Positions 32,639 through 35,929 of a DNA stretch of 35,929 bases are shown here, piece by piece. A program made the translations under genes and the position numbers. Every line of letters begins with the position of its first letter. Within the stretch, counting starts at the first letter, position 1. This stretch comes from Xylographa opegraphella (lineage: Eukaryota): NCBI GenBank assembly GCA_022813865.1, contig JALDZX010000068.1:62001-97929 (forward strand), given 5' to 3'. The notes under the pieces were generated by a model. The model did no database searches and was not told the origin of the DNA. It was given only the letters and a program-made list of their open reading frames with translations.

Positions 32639-34636
32639 CTACAACTTCATGCCGAGAGCCTTGTGTACACGCAGTGCCTGTCGGATGCTGAGATCCAGCA
32701 TGATCTCCTCAGAGCCTCCAGGGATAGCGTAAGCGCGCACATCTCGGTAGAGTCTGCGAAAGAGAGTTAGCAGCCGCATCCATAAGCATCGACTCACTCC
32801 CAAACGTGGAGACTACCACAGGAGAGCAAGTCATCAGACATACCTCTCGACCTTTGCACCCTGACCACCTCGGCTGTAGCTCAATCCGCCGAATATTTGA
32901 CTTGCCTCCCGTGCACAGAATTCGAAAGTGACCGTAGATTGGGCTTTCAATCCAGCAATGGCGCCTCCAAGCTTCAACATCGCTTCCGTCTCGTTCATTC
33001 GCTGACATTGGTAAATGAGATTCTCAAGCCAGTTGTAGGAGGCTTCAATCTGGCGTGCCATGTGCGCAAGCTTGAGCCGGATGACGGGGTGGTCGATCAG
33101 TTTTTTTCCGAAAGTACGCCGCTTGTGGGCATACTTCATTGCTTCCTCGTAGCACACTCGTGAGAAGCGGAGGCATTGAATCACGATTCCAATCCGTTCG
33201 TGATTGAAATTTGTCATCACCACTACAAGTACCATATGTCAGTCTCACAAACGGGTGAAAGACGTGGTAGAAAATGTGAAAGGAATGAAGAAGATCTTAC
33301 CTCGAAAACCCTGGTTCTCCTTGCCGATCAAGTTTTCAACCGGGACTTTAACATCCTCGAACGTGACATACGTGGTCCCACTACTCCATACTCCCTGGCA
33401 ATCCATCCTTCTCGTACTCACACCGCCATGCTCACGCTCGATGAGGAGCATACTCACCCCGGCAGCTCCTGGTCCCCCAGTGCGAACTGCGGTAGAAAAG
33501 TAATCGCACCAGATACCATTCGTGATCCACTTCTTCTCGCCATTAACGATGTAATGCTTGCCATCTTCTGTAAGCTTGGCCTCGCATGTCAGATTCGCAA
33601 CATCACTTCCAGCATCGGGTTCGGTAATTGCCAAACATATCCGTTTATCACCAGTCAAGATCCCAGGCAGTATCCTATCGACAACAGATTTCTTGCCAAA
33701 TTTGACGAATGGTGGACATCCGATCCCAAACCCACCGAGAAGATTCCAAACCAGACCTCCACTGCCCGGTCTCGATAGTTCGTCAGTCACTATCATCTCG
33801 TGGAACATGTCCCACTTCTCTGGCGGTACACTCTTCACGGTATTCTTCGCGTATTTCTTGGGGTACTCGTGGAGACCCATCAAGCCTGGCAAGTAACCAC
33901 GCTCTCCCATCTGTTTATATATCGTATCAGGCACTTTCTTAGCTTCCTCCCACTCGGTCACGTATGGCTCGATCTCAGAATCTACCCACGCGCGGACCTC
34001 TGCCCGAAGGGCTTCGTGACTCTCGTTGAAGTATGGAGTGTGATACTACCTGAAGCGTGAGTCCGTGCTCAAAAGGGTTACAAGGGTAAACGTACACTCT
34101 GATACCATGACGGGTCAGCGTAAGGGACCAGGTCACCGAAGGGATCCATCGATTCCTTGAGTTCCGTGACATTCTTGCCAGGCATTGGAGCAACCGTCCC
34201 GGACTCCGCTTGTGGCTTGGCAACGGCCTTCTGTTTCTTCTCTTGTGGTGGTGGGGTCGCGGGAGGAGTAGGCGGAGCAGCCTGCTTCTTGGTATCTAGA
34301 GATCCGACCTGCAGCTGGCCCTTGAACTTCTTGAGAATGCTCTCGTTGTGGTATTTCCAGAATTGCTTGGACGCATCCTTTCCGGCGACTCTTTGTAAGA
34401 CTGATGATCCGTGAGCATGTGATTATCATTTGCAAGGGAGTTGTATGCTCACTCTTTTGTCCACCTGTATGTTGTCAGTCCTTAGTTCAAGAGATCTTTT
34501 CCGCAGAGAACTGCTATTTACCTGGATGTTCGCTCTGAAACTTGGTCAAATCATACACATCCTCGTCAACAATAATCCAGAGGTCGTCGGGTTTCTTGTG
34601 CGCCGCAACGTCGCTTTGAGAGAAAGTTTTGGACAT
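32639..34636 (-). CDS. Acyl-CoA dehydrogenase with N-terminal cytochrome b5-like heme domain. Exons 34636-34522, 34464-34453, 34400-34096, 34045-33301, 33222-32844, 32753-32639
   Basis: b5 domain: LWIIVDEDVYDLTKFQSEHPGG...AGKDASKQFWKYH. ACAD motifs: CLAITEPDAGSDVA, NGEKKWITNG, QIFGGLSY and YRDVRAYAIPGGSEEIM. Five GT-AG introns with branch points give a continuous frame ending ALGMKL*. Confidence 0.95.
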
Positions 34637-34714
34637 TGTGGTGGTTGATGGCACAGGAAATGCTCGGTGGAAAGGACAAGAAGTACTGCTGCAGGACCAG
34701 GAGATGCATTTGTT

Positions 34715-34978
34715 CCGAGGTCAGGAGAGCTGAGGTGAATAACAATGGAATTCGATAGTCTAGACAGTCTAGCCCTCGGACCGAAGCACATTCACATGCC
34801 AGTTGAGGCCCGCTAATGGAGTCCCCGGAATCCTCCCCACAATCAGAAGCCAACCCGCCCCCGCGGTCCCTAGAAATCACGCTCTTGTGCGGCACGAGAC
34901 CGTCTTCAGGGGCCGTTGATCCAATCAGCCCCCGCCGCCGCTGCTCTTGGGCTGTTAGCGCTCCGAAATGTACCTCGG
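34715..34978. promoter_or_regulatory. Cluster of three CCTCGG/CCGAGG motifs (FarA/FarB-type fatty-acid response elements) upstream of the acyl-CoA dehydrogenase
   Basis: CCGAGG at 34715-34720, CCTCGG at 34774-34779 and CCTCGG at 34973-34978, about 80-340 bp upstream of the ATG. CCTCGG is the established FarA/FarB core in Aspergillus fatty-acid catabolic genes. Confidence 0.65.
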
Positions 34979-35929
34979 CATTTCGAGAAGACGCTAGTGA
35001 GGTCATGCCCCAAGTCTCGGCTACTCTTGCCAACCCAGGTGCAATTCTATCGCCAGCAATACGGCTACGCTGTATGGAGGCATACAGAATTGAAATATGA
35101 AAGCCCAGATATGAGTTGACATAGACCATAACATGGCGTCAAAGGTATCCATTGATGAGCATACCATACCAAATAGAGCGTCAGCCACGGAGAGATCCTC
35201 GTTTCCGAAGCCAGCGTTTCTCATGAGCCTTGGCAGCTATCAAAACGATTCATCGTACTCTCCTCTTTAAATGGCACAGGCATTTCGTTTCCGAGTCGTA
35301 AAGCTTCACTCACGTCTCATGCCCGCCATTTGCGAAAGTCACGTTTATTCATCACGATATCGCCGGCACAAATAGCTACAGTGGTGTCTGATCACCCATC
35401 CCTCCACCCGCCTTGAAGCCGCTATTCACAGATAGATCACGCATGTACCATTGCATTCCACTATTTAGAGCCCGCATCCTCAATCATCCTATAAGCCAAC
35501 TACAATAGCTTACATGGCACATGCAGGGCAACGCGGGCTTGGACCGATGGAAGCAGGTACGGCGTGGTACATGTTGAACTCAACATGGATTGTACTTGGA
35601 GGCGTTCGTGGAGAATGATCTAGAGTAGGAAACAGTTGGATCTAATCGAGTGATAATCGTTTCCTCTGAAGACGTAGTTATACACAGCCGTAATTGCGGG
35701 AAAGGCCCTATTGCGTGATTGAATATGGGATACGTCGTAGAAATCGTGGTAGGTACACATGCGATCGACCAGGCTTATTCCTCACTAACGTCCCTCCATG
35801 GGTGGCGGAAAACCACCTGTGTGTTACGATCCTGCCTCTCACTAGTATAGTTCGATTAGGGATCAGGGTTGGATTCGTCAATGAGTAGATAGGAAGTCAC
35901 GATGCAGTCTTAATGCTCCAGTCTAATAG

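Overview
Eukaryotic DNA from a filamentous ascomycete (Pezizomycotina), judged by short GT-AG introns with RCTRAY branch points and the gene content. It holds about 12 intact or likely protein-coding genes: a 5'-truncated MACPF-like protein with a putative lectin domain, MPDU1, an F-box-like protein, MED8, an alpha/beta hydrolase, a TGL4-like patatin lipase, an Atg28-like protein, a DCAF7/WDR68-like WD40 protein, CAB4-like PPAT, a second F-box-like protein, a cupin and a cytochrome b5-acyl-CoA dehydrogenase fusion. Two decayed accessory tracts (~12.1-17.3 kb and ~28.1-32.1 kb) contain pseudogenes, short repeats and a Ty3/Gypsy chromodomain relic. The standout is a tRNA-Arg(UCU) gene at 27956-28081 with two different introns. 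One is a 47-nt intron with spliceosomal signals (GTGTGT...GCTAAT...TAG) between tRNA positions 31 and 32. The other is a 7-nt canonical 37/38 intron. All calls come from reading the sequence by eye; no database searches were run.
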